NCBI GenBank assembly: GCA_049325495.1
Contig: JBMOKV010000522.1
Coordinates: 1-52,719, forward strand
Direction: 5' to 3'
Length of the DNA: 52,719 nt
From: Candidatus Rifleibacteriota bacterium
GTDB taxonomy: Bacteria > Muiribacteriota > Ozemobacteria > Ozemobacterales > Ozemobacteraceae
Made by a program: the position numbers and the translations under genes. The notes under the pieces are model-generated. The model saw only the letters and a program-made list of their open reading frames with translations, was not told the origin of the DNA and made no database searches. The first letter of the stretch is position 1. Every line of letters starts with the position of its first letter. Of the stretch, positions 26,874 through 36,177 are shown one piece after another.

Positions 26874-28031
26874 TTATCTTTTAAGATTCTCTAAATCTCT
26901 AAGTTTTTGCACCAGCGCCCGGTGTTCTTCCCTGAGCCCAAGCAGCTCTGATTGCAGACTTGCGACCGCTCTCTGCTGTACAGAAGAGCCAGAAGATTTT
27001 ACAATTATTGAATTCATTTCCAGTTCTTTTTGTCGCATTTGACTCTGCACTCTAAGTATTCGGTTGCGCGTGTTTGCATATTCCCGGTCAAGGTCGTTGC
27101 GGTTACGAATCAGCTTCGCCGGTATGACATGCTGACCAAGCTCGCGATTGTGCCCATCTTTGTGCATTTCTTCTTTTTCTTCAAAGCGTCCACCGATGAC
27201 CGAATCCTGCTGCAGAGTCTGCTCGCGAAGATGGTCGAGGAAAGCGGATCGCTGCCTGGCAAGAATGATCGGGTTGCGTGCCGCGATGGCTTTTTCTTCG
27301 CGAAACTCACCGCTGATAACCTGTTCGACCGGTGGCAGCGTAATCGGCTCGGTTTCAATTTCCGGCCTTATGGGGGGAAGTTTTTGCGCAGGCTCGGCCA
27401 GCAGTTTGGGTGCTGCCGGCAGATCGCGGCTTTCCCATTCACTGATCAGCGCCGCTTCAATAGTTGAAGATTGAAAGCGCTCCGGGCTTTCGGCAATTTT
27501 GTCTTTCTGGGTGAGTTTGGTTAACATGCCGTTTTGCAGCACCAGTTGTCGGTTGCGCTGATCTTCGGCGGCTCTCACCGCCACGATTCCAGAAAATACC
27601 CGGATATCGGTGTGTCCGTAGCGGTCCACATTCACATCGAATGAAGTGCCCAGAACTGTGCATGAACCCAGGGGCGTAAAGACTTTGAACATGTCTGAGC
27701 GGCGTCTTACCTTGAGCCAGACATTTCCCAGCTTCAGCTGTATTCCGCTGCGCATGATAGTGATCATTGCGTTGTTTTTTAGTCTGACGATGGTGCCGTC
27801 GGGGTAAAACAGTTCTCCTCTGCCACTGCCTTCAACATTGATCAGATCACCAGGCCTGACTTCAACCGGCTGGGTGCTTTGTAAAGCCAGCCACGTAGAA
27901 CCGCCGGTGCGTGACAAGACTGCTCGGCCTTCGATGGTCTTGAATAGAAATTTGTCATGCTGCGCCGAAACAATTCCTGAAATCATCAGCATTGCAAGAA
28001 CCGCAATCAGAAAAAATCTTTTATTGATCAT
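26874..28031 (-). CDS. Secreted FecR-domain protein with coiled-coil C-terminus
   Basis: Signal peptide; GDLI..., DGTIVRL, FKVFTP...VLGTSFDV, VFSGIVAV FecR pattern. Confidence 0.8.
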   Translation of the reverse strand: MINKRFFLIAVLAMLMISGIVSAQHDKFLFKTIEGRAVLSRTGGSTWLALQSTQPVEVRPGDLINVEGSGRGELFYPDGTIVRLKNNAMITIMRSGIQLKLGNVWLKVRRRSDMFKVFTPLGSCTVLGTSFDVNVDRYGHTDIRVFSGIVAVRAAEDQRNRQLVLQNGMLTKLTQKDKIAESPERFQSSTIEAALISEWESRDLPAAPKLLAEPAQKLPPIRPEIETEPITLPPVEQVISGEFREEKAIAARNPIILARQRSAFLDHLREQTLQQDSVIGGRFEEKEEMHKDGHNRELGQHVIPAKLIRNRNDLDREYANTRNRILRVQSQMRQKELEMNSIIVKSSGSSVQQRAVASLQSELLGLREEHRALVQKLRDLENLKR

Positions 28032-28050
28032 AGTCGATAGTACTCCAGAT

Positions 28051-28070
28051 AATTAAACATTTGTTTAATT
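28051..28070. promoter_or_regulatory. Perfect 9-bp inverted repeat (candidate operator)
   Basis: AATTAAACA-tt-TGTTTAATT, just upstream of the FecR gene RBS. Confidence 0.4.
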
Positions 28071-28208
28071 CATTTTATTGTCATTGACCATGGCAAATCT
28101 GCTGATAAGCTGTCTGGGCATTTCTTCTGCGTCTTCATTCTTCTCATTTCCAGATTCTAAAAGCCTGATAATTTGCTTTGTCCCACTCAACGGCCGGCCT
28201 TGTTTCAT
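28065..28208 (-). CDS. Possible 47-aa small protein
   Basis: MKQGRPLSGTKQIIRLLE...NKMN* with AAGAGG RBS; below the ORF-track cutoff; no recognisable family. Confidence 0.3.
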   Translation of the reverse strand: MKQGRPLSGTKQIIRLLESGNEKNEDAEEMPRQLISRFAMVNDNKMN

Positions 28209-28422
28209 GATCGCCTCTTACTTCGGCAATCAGGCAGACCGTCTCTTTTGTTCCGGCTACTTTGTCTTTAAAGAATGATTTTTGAGATAGTTTTCCAGAT
28301 TCAGTTTGATAGATCGCAGTTTTACCTTTTCCTGCTTAACTAACCTGCTAATAATAACAGCTAATAATTCATTGTACAATTACTTGTTTCAAACTTTAGG
28401 TTGTGATATACTAAATCAGCCA

Positions 28423-28507
28423 GCCGGAATGGCGGAATTGGCAGACGCACGGGACTCAAAATCCCGCGCCCCTTAAAGGCGTGTCGGTTCGACCCCGACT
28501 TCCGGCA
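28423..28507 (+). tRNA. tRNA-Leu(CAA), CCA not encoded
   Basis: Acceptor gccggaa/ttccggc; D-loop GGCAGAC; anticodon stem cggga/tcccg with loop CTCAAAA; long variable arm; T-loop GGTTCGACCCC. Confidence 0.95.
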
Positions 28508-28540
28508 CTGATTTAGGGTTTAGCAGGATAAAATAAACTC

Positions 28541-28575
28541 CACAAAGCCCCGTGAAAAGCGGGGCTTTGTGTTTT
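28541..28575 (+). terminator. Terminator downstream of tRNA-Leu
   Basis: cacaaagccccg / cggggctttgtg stem followed by tttt. Confidence 0.75.
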
Positions 28576-28599
28576 GCGGTCACTCTGAAAAAGTATTTA

Positions 28600-29040
28600 T
28601 TATAAAATCTGATTGATTTTATCTGCCCAATTAATATCTGATAGCTCCCGGAATAAGTCGGTAATATCAAATTGTTTGTTTCCTGCGATTCTATACATTC
28701 TCTGGTTTGTAGTTTTTTCGGTAATCGGGCCGTATTGCTTCTTATATGAACCTATCTTTACGAAATCAAAACAATACATCCAGTTTTCTACTGGGCAGTC
28801 TCTGCCCGAATATAAACAGGTTTTAAGGCCCATCTGCCTGGCTATGTTACAAAAAACGGCAAATTCCCCATGTTCTAGCGCAGTATTTTTACCCTCACCG
28901 AGAAAACAAATACCAGTAATTTTTGTTCGATATAGCTGAACCAGCTGAGAAAAGCATTCAATCAAATCAGAACCGATGGGTTGCCACAGTTCTTGTGAAT
29001 GACAATCTGCACATCGGTTTTGACTTGCAAAAAACAGACA
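28600..29040 (-). pseudogene. nrdG: Anaerobic ribonucleotide reductase activating protein (radical SAM) remnant
   Basis: The frame upstream of the called TTG reads ASQNRCADCHSQELW (2 of 3 CxxxCxxC Cys); then ICFLGEG, KTCLYSG, VKIGSY...TTNQRMY. The 5' end is replaced by IS66 sequence. Confidence 0.7.
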
Positions 29041-29747
29041 GCCGCACCACTCTCGGTTTTGTAAAACAAACTGTTTTTCCTGTGCGGAATAGCTGTTTTA
29101 ATCAACCTTTCAGCAGGGTTGTTATCTAATGGCGCGCCAGGCACCTTCAGAAACATTGTCAGCGCCTTCCAGTGATCGATCATGTATCTGTAAGCCTGAT
29201 TCAAAGGACTGTTTTTCTCGACATCTTTGTTTTCAAGCCTTGCAAGAGCAAATTCTTTAATTTCATCCATTGGTGCTCTGCTGTGCTTCTGGTGATATTC
29301 CAGACGCTGAACATCGCTCATTTCCTGTTGTTTTATTAGTTTTTCATTTTTATAGATCAATGCAATGCGGCTGATGACATACATTGCATCATCAGGATAA
29401 GCCTCTTCGCAATCGATGAAATTTCGACGGGCATGAACCAGAAATAAAGTGACTACGGTTAAATGGTTTTTTGGAAAATTTCTAGATAATGCGTCTGTCA
29501 TCTGCATTGCCGGTTCTAGCGATTCATCTCGCTTGTCGAGAAGAATACCAAGGTTTTCGCCGGCGTGTTTCCCGCCGGTAAAGAAAAGGTGTATTTCTTT
29601 TCCTTCCCGTCTTGCGACAATGGCTGTAGTAAATATGCCGACTCTTTCCCCGGCTTCTTTGCGCTTTTCTTTTTCTTTAAGCAACTCAAGAATTTTTGCT
29701 GGAGTATCATCGACGAATAAAAGAGGCCAGCCGGCAGCCAGTCGCCG
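29041..29747 (-). mobile_element. IS66-family transposase internal fragment (no ends)
   Basis: VDDT, MTDA, VHARRNF, HWKALTMFL...PLDNNPAERLIK...RKNSLFYKT are DDE_Tnp_IS66 motifs; no N-terminus and no accessory genes. Confidence 0.85.
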
Positions 29748-30905
29748 CTTGTCATGCAGGGCGCGAATAATTTCGAGTTCCAGCAGGCGCAGCTCACGAT
29801 AGGCAATGACCAGAAAGTTGCCGCAACCGCAGGCAGGGTCGAGAAATTTAAGCGAACGCAATTTCTGGTGAAACTCGGCCAGCTTGCTCTTGTTGCTTTT
29901 AACTTTATTAAACTCTTCCCAGAGCGCGTCGAGAAACAACGGCTTTATCAGTTTCAAGATGTTTTTTTCGCTGGTATAGTGAGCACCAAGATTGCGCCTG
30001 GCAGTTTTATCCATGATTGACTGAAACAAAGAACCGAAAATTGCCGGTGAAATACGGCTCCAGTCAAGAGCGCAACAATCAAGCAGGGTCTGGCGCATTT
30101 TGCTATCGAAGCTGGCATTTGGCAGCAATTCTTCAAAAAGCTTTCCGTTGACGTAAGGAAAAGCTGCCAGCTGTTCATCAAGATTCTTGAGGCGCTTGTT
30201 TTCAGGCGTGTTCAATACCTGAAACAGAGCTGCAATGTGGTATGCCAGGTCTGAACCATCTTCGTTTGTTCGTTCTTCAACGTAGTCCTGAAAGGTTTGA
30301 CGTTCAAAAATTCCGGTGTCTTCAGCAAATAAACAAAAAAGAAGGCGCACCAGATAAAGTTCGAGCTGGTGTCCGTCATAGCCTATTTCTTTAAGCTGGT
30401 CATGCAGTCGCCCCATGTTTTCGGCGGCCTTGATATTAACCGGGTCTTCCTCGCGGATCTTGTGTTTCTGGTAACCGGCCACAAAGCCAAAAAGCCTGAT
30501 GTTTTTGTGCAGGTCTTTGAGGTCGAACTCGTGCTGCTCGTTTTCTTCCAAGTCATAGAGGCGGAATCTGCCAAAGTCAGAGACAAGAATATATTTTGGC
30601 AGGTCGCGTTCCTGAATGCCTGGAAAATAATCAAGAGCTTGCTTGTAAGCACGATCAAGATCCTTGCCGCGTGATTTATGTTCGACCAGGAGAATGCCTT
30701 TCCAGAAAAGGTCAATGAAACCCTGTTTTTCGCCAAGTTTCTTTACTGGCTCTTCAAAAGAGGCTACACGTTTGCGGGAAATGCCAAAAATATTGAAGAA
30801 GCCATCCCAAAATGATTTGGCTTCGGCGTCTTCTGATGTTTCGGTTTCCCATTCTTTCGAAAAGGCAATTGCGCGACTTTTGATCTCGTTCCAACTCAAA
30901 GGCAT
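29748..30905 (-). pseudogene. MmeI-like Type IIL restriction-modification enzyme, N-terminal part only (fused in frame to IS66)
   Basis: MPLSWNEIKSRA..., FIDLFWKGILLVEHKS nuclease motif, RLLFCLFAEDTG, GAHYTS, LDPACGCGNFL (motif I); motif IV (NPPF) and the target-recognition domain are absent. Confidence 0.88.
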
Positions 30906-31027
30906 GATTGTTACTCTCTGTTAAGACTGATTTTTGTTATAACTCGGGCTATTGTTCGTTAGAGTTCATTAAATCACAATCTGGTATATCATGCAATTTC
31001 TGCCATTTTTCTATAGCGCAAAGACTC

Positions 31028-31055
31028 TTGACAATAGTATTATATACGGTATCAT
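31028..31055 (+). promoter_or_regulatory. Sigma70-type promoter of hicAB (probably leaderless)
   Basis: TTGACA-16 bp-TATCAT; ATG of hicA only 6 nt after the -10; no SD. Confidence 0.6.
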
Positions 31056-31061
31056 TAAAGT

Positions 31062-31279
31062 ATGGCCAAGGCAGAAAAAACGATAGAGAAAATGCGCAAC
31101 AATCCGCGCGATTGGCGCATTGCCGACTTAACCGCCATTGCTGCCAGATATGGAATCGTCTGGAGGCAAAACGGCACAAGTCATGTGCAGTTTGTGTTTC
31201 TCTGACTGTTCCGGCACACAGGCCGATAAAGCCTGTCTATGTGCAGAAGTTTCTTGTTTTTATCGAGGTATATCTATGA
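31062..31279 (+). pseudogene. hicA: HicA toxin, frameshifted
   Basis: MAKAEKTIEKMRNNPRDW...NGTSHVQFVFL* then continues in another frame as LTVPAHRPIKPVYVQKFL...*; that stop overlaps the hicB ATG (ATGA). Confidence 0.8.
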
Positions 31280-31647
31280 AAAAAGCTGAATTGGACAAAT
31301 ATCCTTTCGAGATTCGCACGCTTACCAAAGAAGAGGGCGGCGGCTTTCTCATCAGTTACCCTGACTTCAACGAGTGCATATCTGATGGTGAAACGATTGA
31401 AGAGGCCATCGAAAACGGGCGCGATGCTCTCAAGGGTTTGATTCAGACTTTGCAGGAGCTTGGCAAGCCGATACCAAAACCTTACAGCGCAGACAAATAC
31501 AAGGAGATTGACGCAAGTGGCAAGTTTGTTCTCAGGCTCACCAAAACGCTACACTCAAAGCTCATCAAACTAGCCAGGAAAGAAAATGTCAGCATGAACT
31601 TTCTGGCAGCTTCTTTAATAGCAGAAGGAATCGGTCGAAAAGAATAG
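31276..31647 (+). CDS. hicB: HicB antitoxin
   Basis: YPFEIRTL...GGGFLISYPDFNECISDGETIEEA...SGKFVLRLTKTLH...ENVSMN; GAGG RBS. Confidence 0.9.
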   Translation: MKKAELDKYPFEIRTLTKEEGGGFLISYPDFNECISDGETIEEAIENGRDALKGLIQTLQELGKPIPKPYSADKYKEIDASGKFVLRLTKTLHSKLIKLARKENVSMNFLAASLIAEGIGRKE

Positions 31648-31714
31648 TGCCCGGTCAAAATGATTCACCTGCCGGGCAAAAAAAGGTAGGGAAAAATCGA
31701 ACACGAGGCACAAA

Positions 31715-31738
31715 ATGGTGTAACTTTATGGTGTAACT
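31715..31738 (+). repeat. Tandem 11-bp direct repeat ATGGTGTAACT x2 (integrase arm-site-like)
   Basis: 31715-31725 and 31728-31738 are identical, with a 2-bp spacer, at the distal edge of the islet. Confidence 0.5.
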
Positions 31739-32021
31739 CTCGAAGTCTGAAAGTTAAAATCTTGAACTAAAATTTGTGTTTTCACCTGTTCTCCCAACAT
31801 GGCGGAATCTTGATACAAAAATTTGGATGTCGGCGTGTCTTAAGAGGTGATTGTTAAAAATTTCTTTGTATGCCTGATTGTTAAAGATAAATAGTGAAAT
31901 TAACAGCTTGGATATTAAACAGCCTTTCCATCATCTGCTTTTATATTTTTTAATCTAATTTAGCTTAAACAGCCATAGTTCATGCGATTCATGTTTTGAA
32001 AAAAACTGATATAATTCAAAC

Positions 32022-32378
32022 GTGAATATAAAAAAATCACTGCTTGTTATTGTTGTTCTGTTTTCTTTTATTGCCGGGTTCTGGCTTGAAGAAACAGAAA
32101 CTTCGCTACGACGGATAGTTGAAGGAAATCCAGGCTTAAGCGAAAATGTTATTGCCGTTGACCTGGTTTCCAATTATCAGCTTCCAGAAAGCCCGATCAG
32201 AATTACTCGGGTTTTTGATTTCAAAGCCGCGTTTTTCATAACTGATGCAGATTTTTCCAAAGATTGTCGCCAGTTTCATCAGGAACTCAGGCGCTGCAGA
32301 ATTTTCAGGCCTGAGGTATTTTCAACACCCAGAGACTGGAATATGACCAATTCGAATTTTCCCCGATGTGATGGATAA
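32022..32378 (+). CDS. Hypothetical protein with N-terminal hydrophobic segment
   Basis: Signal/anchor-like N-terminus; no family recognised. Confidence 0.35.
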   Translation: MNIKKSLLVIVVLFSFIAGFWLEETETSLRRIVEGNPGLSENVIAVDLVSNYQLPESPIRITRVFDFKAAFFITDADFSKDCRQFHQELRRCRIFRPEVFSTPRDWNMTNSNFPRCDG

Positions 32379-32447
32379 GATTCCTTTCAACAGTTAATCA
32401 ATCGGTCTGGTTTTTGGTGCGAATTAACTATTGAAAGGATTTTTCCC

Positions 32448-32582
32448 ATGAATGAACAGAACAAAAATGAATCAACCCCCATAAAAAGCGAAAGCCCGAC
32501 AACGGTAATCTTCAACATTGTTGTTACCACAGCTATTTCTCTGATTGCAGGGGTTTTATTAATGTATTTCGGCCTCATTTGA
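32448..32582 (+). CDS. 44-aa small protein with a C-terminal TM helix
   Basis: AAAGGA RBS; MNEQNKNESTPIKSESPTTVIFNIVVTTAISLIAGVLLMYFGLI*; not in the ORF track. Confidence 0.55.
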   Translation: MNEQNKNESTPIKSESPTTVIFNIVVTTAISLIAGVLLMYFGLI

Positions 32583-32627
32583 TTTTTTTCTATTCACCTT
32601 AACAAATCTAAATACACGGAAACAGCT

Positions 32628-33590
32628 ATGATATTTAAACTTGAATTCGGAGTTTTTGAAATTCTGGCAATGATCGGGGCCGGCCTCTATCTTCTTACCA
32701 TTGCTGCAGACTGGCTGGTAAACGGCGCCGCAAATCTTGCCAGAAGAATCGGTGTTTCGCCTTTGGTGATAGGTTTAACCGTGGTGGCATTCGGCACTTC
32801 CATGCCGGAAATGGTAGTCAGCGTTGATGCCAGTCTTGCCGGAAACCCGGGGATTTCAGTTGGCAATGTTGTCGGTTCGAATATCTTCAACATTGCCATG
32901 ATTCTTGGTATCGCAGCGCTTATAAGCCCCATTTCATGCAGTAGAACCGCAGTAAAACGTGATGTTCCAATTATGATCGGTGTGTCTGGTTTGATGTGGT
33001 ATTTATCGAGCGATCGACTGATTTCCAAATATGAATCCATCTTTCTTTTTACAATTCTTATTGCTTACACCCTTTTCAGTTATATAAAGTCAAGCCCTGA
33101 TGAGGTTCAGGTCGATGAATTGTCTGATACTTCCACTACTCTGTTTTCCGAAATCAAACTCATTGTCTTTGGTTTGATTGCCATGATCGCCGGTTCAAAA
33201 CTCCTTCTTCATGGATCGGTGGCGGTTGCAAGAGTGGCGGGAATCTCTGATGAAGTAATAGGCCTGACTCTTATTGCCGCCGGAACCTCACTTCCCGAAC
33301 TTGCAACTTCAGTTGTTGCTGCCCTTCGAGGCCAGGCAGACATAGCCATTGGCAACTGTGTCGGGTCGAATATTTTCAACATTCTCGGCATTCTTGGCGT
33401 CGCCGGAATGATTTTGCCTCTTGAAGTATCTGAACACATGGCCAATATTGACTGCCCCATCATGTTTGTCATCGCCCTTGGCTGTCTGCCCATAATGAGC
33501 ACCGGTTTAAAAATCACGCGATTTGAAGGTATAATTCTGCTGACTGCCTATGTGGCATATACCTGGGTGCTTTTCCAGACTCCGGTTTAA
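32628..33590 (+). CDS. Calcium/sodium antiporter (YrbG family)
   Basis: Two alpha repeats, GTSMPE...GNVVGSNIFN and GTSLPE...GNCVGSNIFN. Confidence 0.93.
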   Translation: MIFKLEFGVFEILAMIGAGLYLLTIAADWLVNGAANLARRIGVSPLVIGLTVVAFGTSMPEMVVSVDASLAGNPGISVGNVVGSNIFNIAMILGIAALISPISCSRTAVKRDVPIMIGVSGLMWYLSSDRLISKYESIFLFTILIAYTLFSYIKSSPDEVQVDELSDTSTTLFSEIKLIVFGLIAMIAGSKLLLHGSVAVARVAGISDEVIGLTLIAAGTSLPELATSVVAALRGQADIAIGNCVGSNIFNILGILGVAGMILPLEVSEHMANIDCPIMFVIALGCLPIMSTGLKITRFEGIILLTAYVAYTWVLFQTPV

Positions 33591-33611
33591 ATTTGCGTCA
33601 GATGGTCGGGG

Positions 33612-34430
33612 GTGTCATTGAATACAAACTTGAAAACGCTTAGAATCGGTAATCAGACCAATTGTCACATACCGGCCATGCTGCCATTCGAATTCGCATT
33701 GAAACATAATTTTGACGCATTCGAATGGTTCAGCGACCCGGGCCGTGATGGCTGGAATGAAAAGCTTTTCGACAATAGTCAGTTGCAGAATATCAGGGAA
33801 CAAGGCCGCAAGAATGATATTCGCTTCAGTGTTCATGCCCCATGGCGTGCTGACCCAACCTGCGAAAATGGCCGGAATGAAATTCTTGAAAGTATCTCTT
33901 TTGCGGAAAAAATCGGCGCGGGTCTGGTCAATTTTCACATTTTCCCAGAGAAAGAATGTTGCCGGTATGTCGAGGCTATAATACCACTTCTGCAAAAAGC
34001 ATCAGCCGCAAAAATTCAACTCAGTCTTGAAAATGTTCCACAATGCTCACCTGAATACATCAATCAATTATTTGAAATTTTGCAGAATAACTCGCAATTT
34101 TTTTCTATGATCGGTCTTTGCCTGGATATCGGACATGCAAACCTTTTCCCGGAAACCAGGAGACATTTCAATGAATATTTGCGACGAATCTCAGGAAATG
34201 TCAAAATTCTTCATCTGCATGCCCATGAAAATTTCGGCGACACCGATCAGCATTTACCCCTTTTTACCGGTCCGTCTGCAAGTGATGAAAATTGTCTGAA
34301 ACATCTTGTCAGTCAACTTAAAGAAAGAGCTTTTGCTGGTTCTGTGGTTATGGAGCAGTGGCCTCAGCCTCCTGAAATACTGGTCAAAACAAGAAAACGT
34401 CTGCTCGAAATCTGGAATGATGGCGGCTGA
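33612..34430 (+). CDS. Sugar phosphate isomerase/epimerase-like TIM barrel (AP_endonuc_2)
   Basis: SVHAP, LENV, LDIGHA, HLHAHEN...DQHLP, VMEQW. Confidence 0.85.
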   Translation: MSLNTNLKTLRIGNQTNCHIPAMLPFEFALKHNFDAFEWFSDPGRDGWNEKLFDNSQLQNIREQGRKNDIRFSVHAPWRADPTCENGRNEILESISFAEKIGAGLVNFHIFPEKECCRYVEAIIPLLQKASAAKIQLSLENVPQCSPEYINQLFEILQNNSQFFSMIGLCLDIGHANLFPETRRHFNEYLRRISGNVKILHLHAHENFGDTDQHLPLFTGPSASDENCLKHLVSQLKERAFAGSVVMEQWPQPPEILVKTRKRLLEIWNDGG

Positions 34431-34982
34431 TTATTGTTTCCTCCATTTTAAATCAACGGGAATTTTCATGGTCAGCATTCTCAGGTTCTGATCCTGAAAA
34501 AGTGGCCCGTAAAGCTGGCGGGTATAAAGCACCAACGGCAGTTCGAAATTACACATGAATACCTGAATTTCATTGACGTCACATTCGTCATCTTTCATGA
34601 ATTCATACTCCCCGGAACTGGTTCCTGTGTAAGTAGGACTGCCGCTCGACCCTCCACCAACCGATGTTTCTTCACCGTTAATCAGTCCCTTGGCGAATAC
34701 ACATGCCTGACCGGCGGACTTAATTGAATAATTGAACTCGATCTTGATTTTTTCTCCGGGTTTAAGCACCGCAGGAGGCATTGGATCTATTCTGGTGATT
34801 TCAAGCCGGTCGCCGGACGTATTTTCAATCATTGGAAGAGACGCACTCATACTGGCTACAGTCTGGATCAGATGAATGCCTTGCATCGTTTTAATGCGGT
34901 TTTCCAGAAAAAGATAACCTCCGCCCAGTATCAAAGCCGGAAGAAAAAAAATCAACAGAATCAGGATTTCGAATTTTTTCAC
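34431..34982 (-). CDS. Hypothetical membrane-anchored protein
   Basis: N-terminal TM followed by a beta-rich domain. Confidence 0.6.
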   Translation of the reverse strand: MKKFEILILLIFFLPALILGGGYLFLENRIKTMQGIHLIQTVASMSASLPMIENTSGDRLEITRIDPMPPAVLKPGEKIKIEFNYSIKSAGQACVFAKGLINGEETSVGGGSSGSPTYTGTSSGEYEFMKDDECDVNEIQVFMCNFELPLVLYTRQLYGPLFQDQNLRMLTMKIPVDLKWRKQ

Positions 34983-35156
34983 TTTTCATTACCCCTACAA
35001 ATTGTCCTGGTTTGGTAAAATCGACAAAACTTCAGCAATTCACCCATATTCTAACGCAATCAAATGGTTAAGTGAAGCTGTTGAGTCGTTCCAGTTTGAT
35101 TTTAACCGCAGATTCAGGGTATTATGCATCAGCATAAATAAAGCAGGAGTACGGTA

Positions 35157-35528
35157 ATGGGAGTTACGGGCCGCCTGGAAGAAAACCTGGTAATTTTTAC
35201 CCTTGAAGGTGAAAACACGGTTGATCAGGCGAAAAAAGCCTTTTCTTCGGTTTTTTCAGTGGATAACCTTGAAGGCAACCTTCCCGTTCTGGTTGATGCC
35301 AGAAATTCCCAGCGCAACCGTGGCTTGTCTGAAGTGGCAGGATTCGCAGAAGCACTGTTGCATTATCGCGAAATGATCGGCAGCAAATGCGCTCTGGTGA
35401 TCAGCGAGCAGCGCCAGAACCCCCTGGGACTTGAGAGAAGTCTCGCCGCATTTTCCCTGCGCGAAAAAATTCAGTTTGGACTGTTTTTCGATCTTGAATC
35501 TGCAAGAAGCTGGCTGAAAGAAAGCTGA
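35157..35528 (+). CDS. SpoIIAA-like (STAS/SEC14-like) protein
   Basis: VLVDAR...KCALV...FFDLESARSWL pattern; AGGAG RBS. Confidence 0.65.
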   Translation: MGVTGRLEENLVIFTLEGENTVDQAKKAFSSVFSVDNLEGNLPVLVDARNSQRNRGLSEVAGFAEALLHYREMIGSKCALVISEQRQNPLGLERSLAAFSLREKIQFGLFFDLESARSWLKES

Positions 35529-35537
35529 ATCGAGGGT

Positions 35538-36044
35538 TTGAATATGGTGATGATAGCCAGGTTTTTTTTACTGTTGGGATTTGCAATCATTGCTTCTGAA
35601 TTGAGAGGCAATCCCATTGCGATGGAAGACCTCGATCCTTTTTCAAGTTTAAGTTCTGTTGCCATTGGTTTTGCCCTGCTGCTTGAAAGCATTGTCGTTG
35701 CATGGGTTATTCGTTTAAAAATTGCCCGAAGAGCCCTTTTCGTTTTTGTCTGGGTTTTAATGAACTTATTCTCATTTTCCATTTTCCGGGTTATGTGCTT
35801 TTTTATTATTGGCGCTCATGAGCTGGACTTGATAATCATTCTTCTGATTTTAGCCGAGCTGCTGGTTATGTTTACCGAAGCCCTGTTTTTATTTGTTGCA
35901 TCACGAAAAGATCGACGAATCTTTCTGGAATCTCCCACTTTCAGGGAATGCCTTAAGGCCTCTGTTGCAGGCAATCTGGTTTCTATAATTGCCTATATAC
36001 CAATGATGATTAATTCAGATGCACTGGCTGCTTTTAACGCTTAA
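35538..36044 (+). CDS. Hypothetical membrane protein
   Basis: Multiple TM segments; LLLES, MNLFSF, AELLV, GNLVS repeat-like pattern. Confidence 0.65.
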   Translation: MNMVMIARFFLLLGFAIIASELRGNPIAMEDLDPFSSLSSVAIGFALLLESIVVAWVIRLKIARRALFVFVWVLMNLFSFSIFRVMCFFIIGAHELDLIIILLILAELLVMFTEALFLFVASRKDRRIFLESPTFRECLKASVAGNLVSIIAYIPMMINSDALAAFNA

Positions 36045-36177
36045 CCAGATTTCATTTAGTTAAAATAAAAAAAAGTTTCTGATGTACCTTGCGGGGTTTT
36101 TGTTTGATCATTACACTTAAAAATGTCCGGACTTTAGCATTCCCGGATAAGCAGAATAAGTATCAGGGAGACCGAGA

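Larger units (their letters stand above)
28508..31740. mobile_element. Decayed tRNA-Leu-associated genomic islet
   Basis: Follows a tRNA 3' end; contains RM, IS66, nrdG and hicAB remnants; ends near an 11-bp direct repeat pair; no integrase and no clear attR seen. Confidence 0.6.

Noticed and set aside
31138-31275. Extended N-terminus of the 169-aa HicB ORF
   Set aside because: Overlaps the hicA remnant; the RBS and ATGA coupling support a start at 31276.
31799-31839. atggcggaat and ggcgtgtc matches to tRNA-Leu as a possible attR
   Set aside because: Short matches to the 5'/middle of the tRNA with wrong spacing; an att duplication should copy the 3' end.
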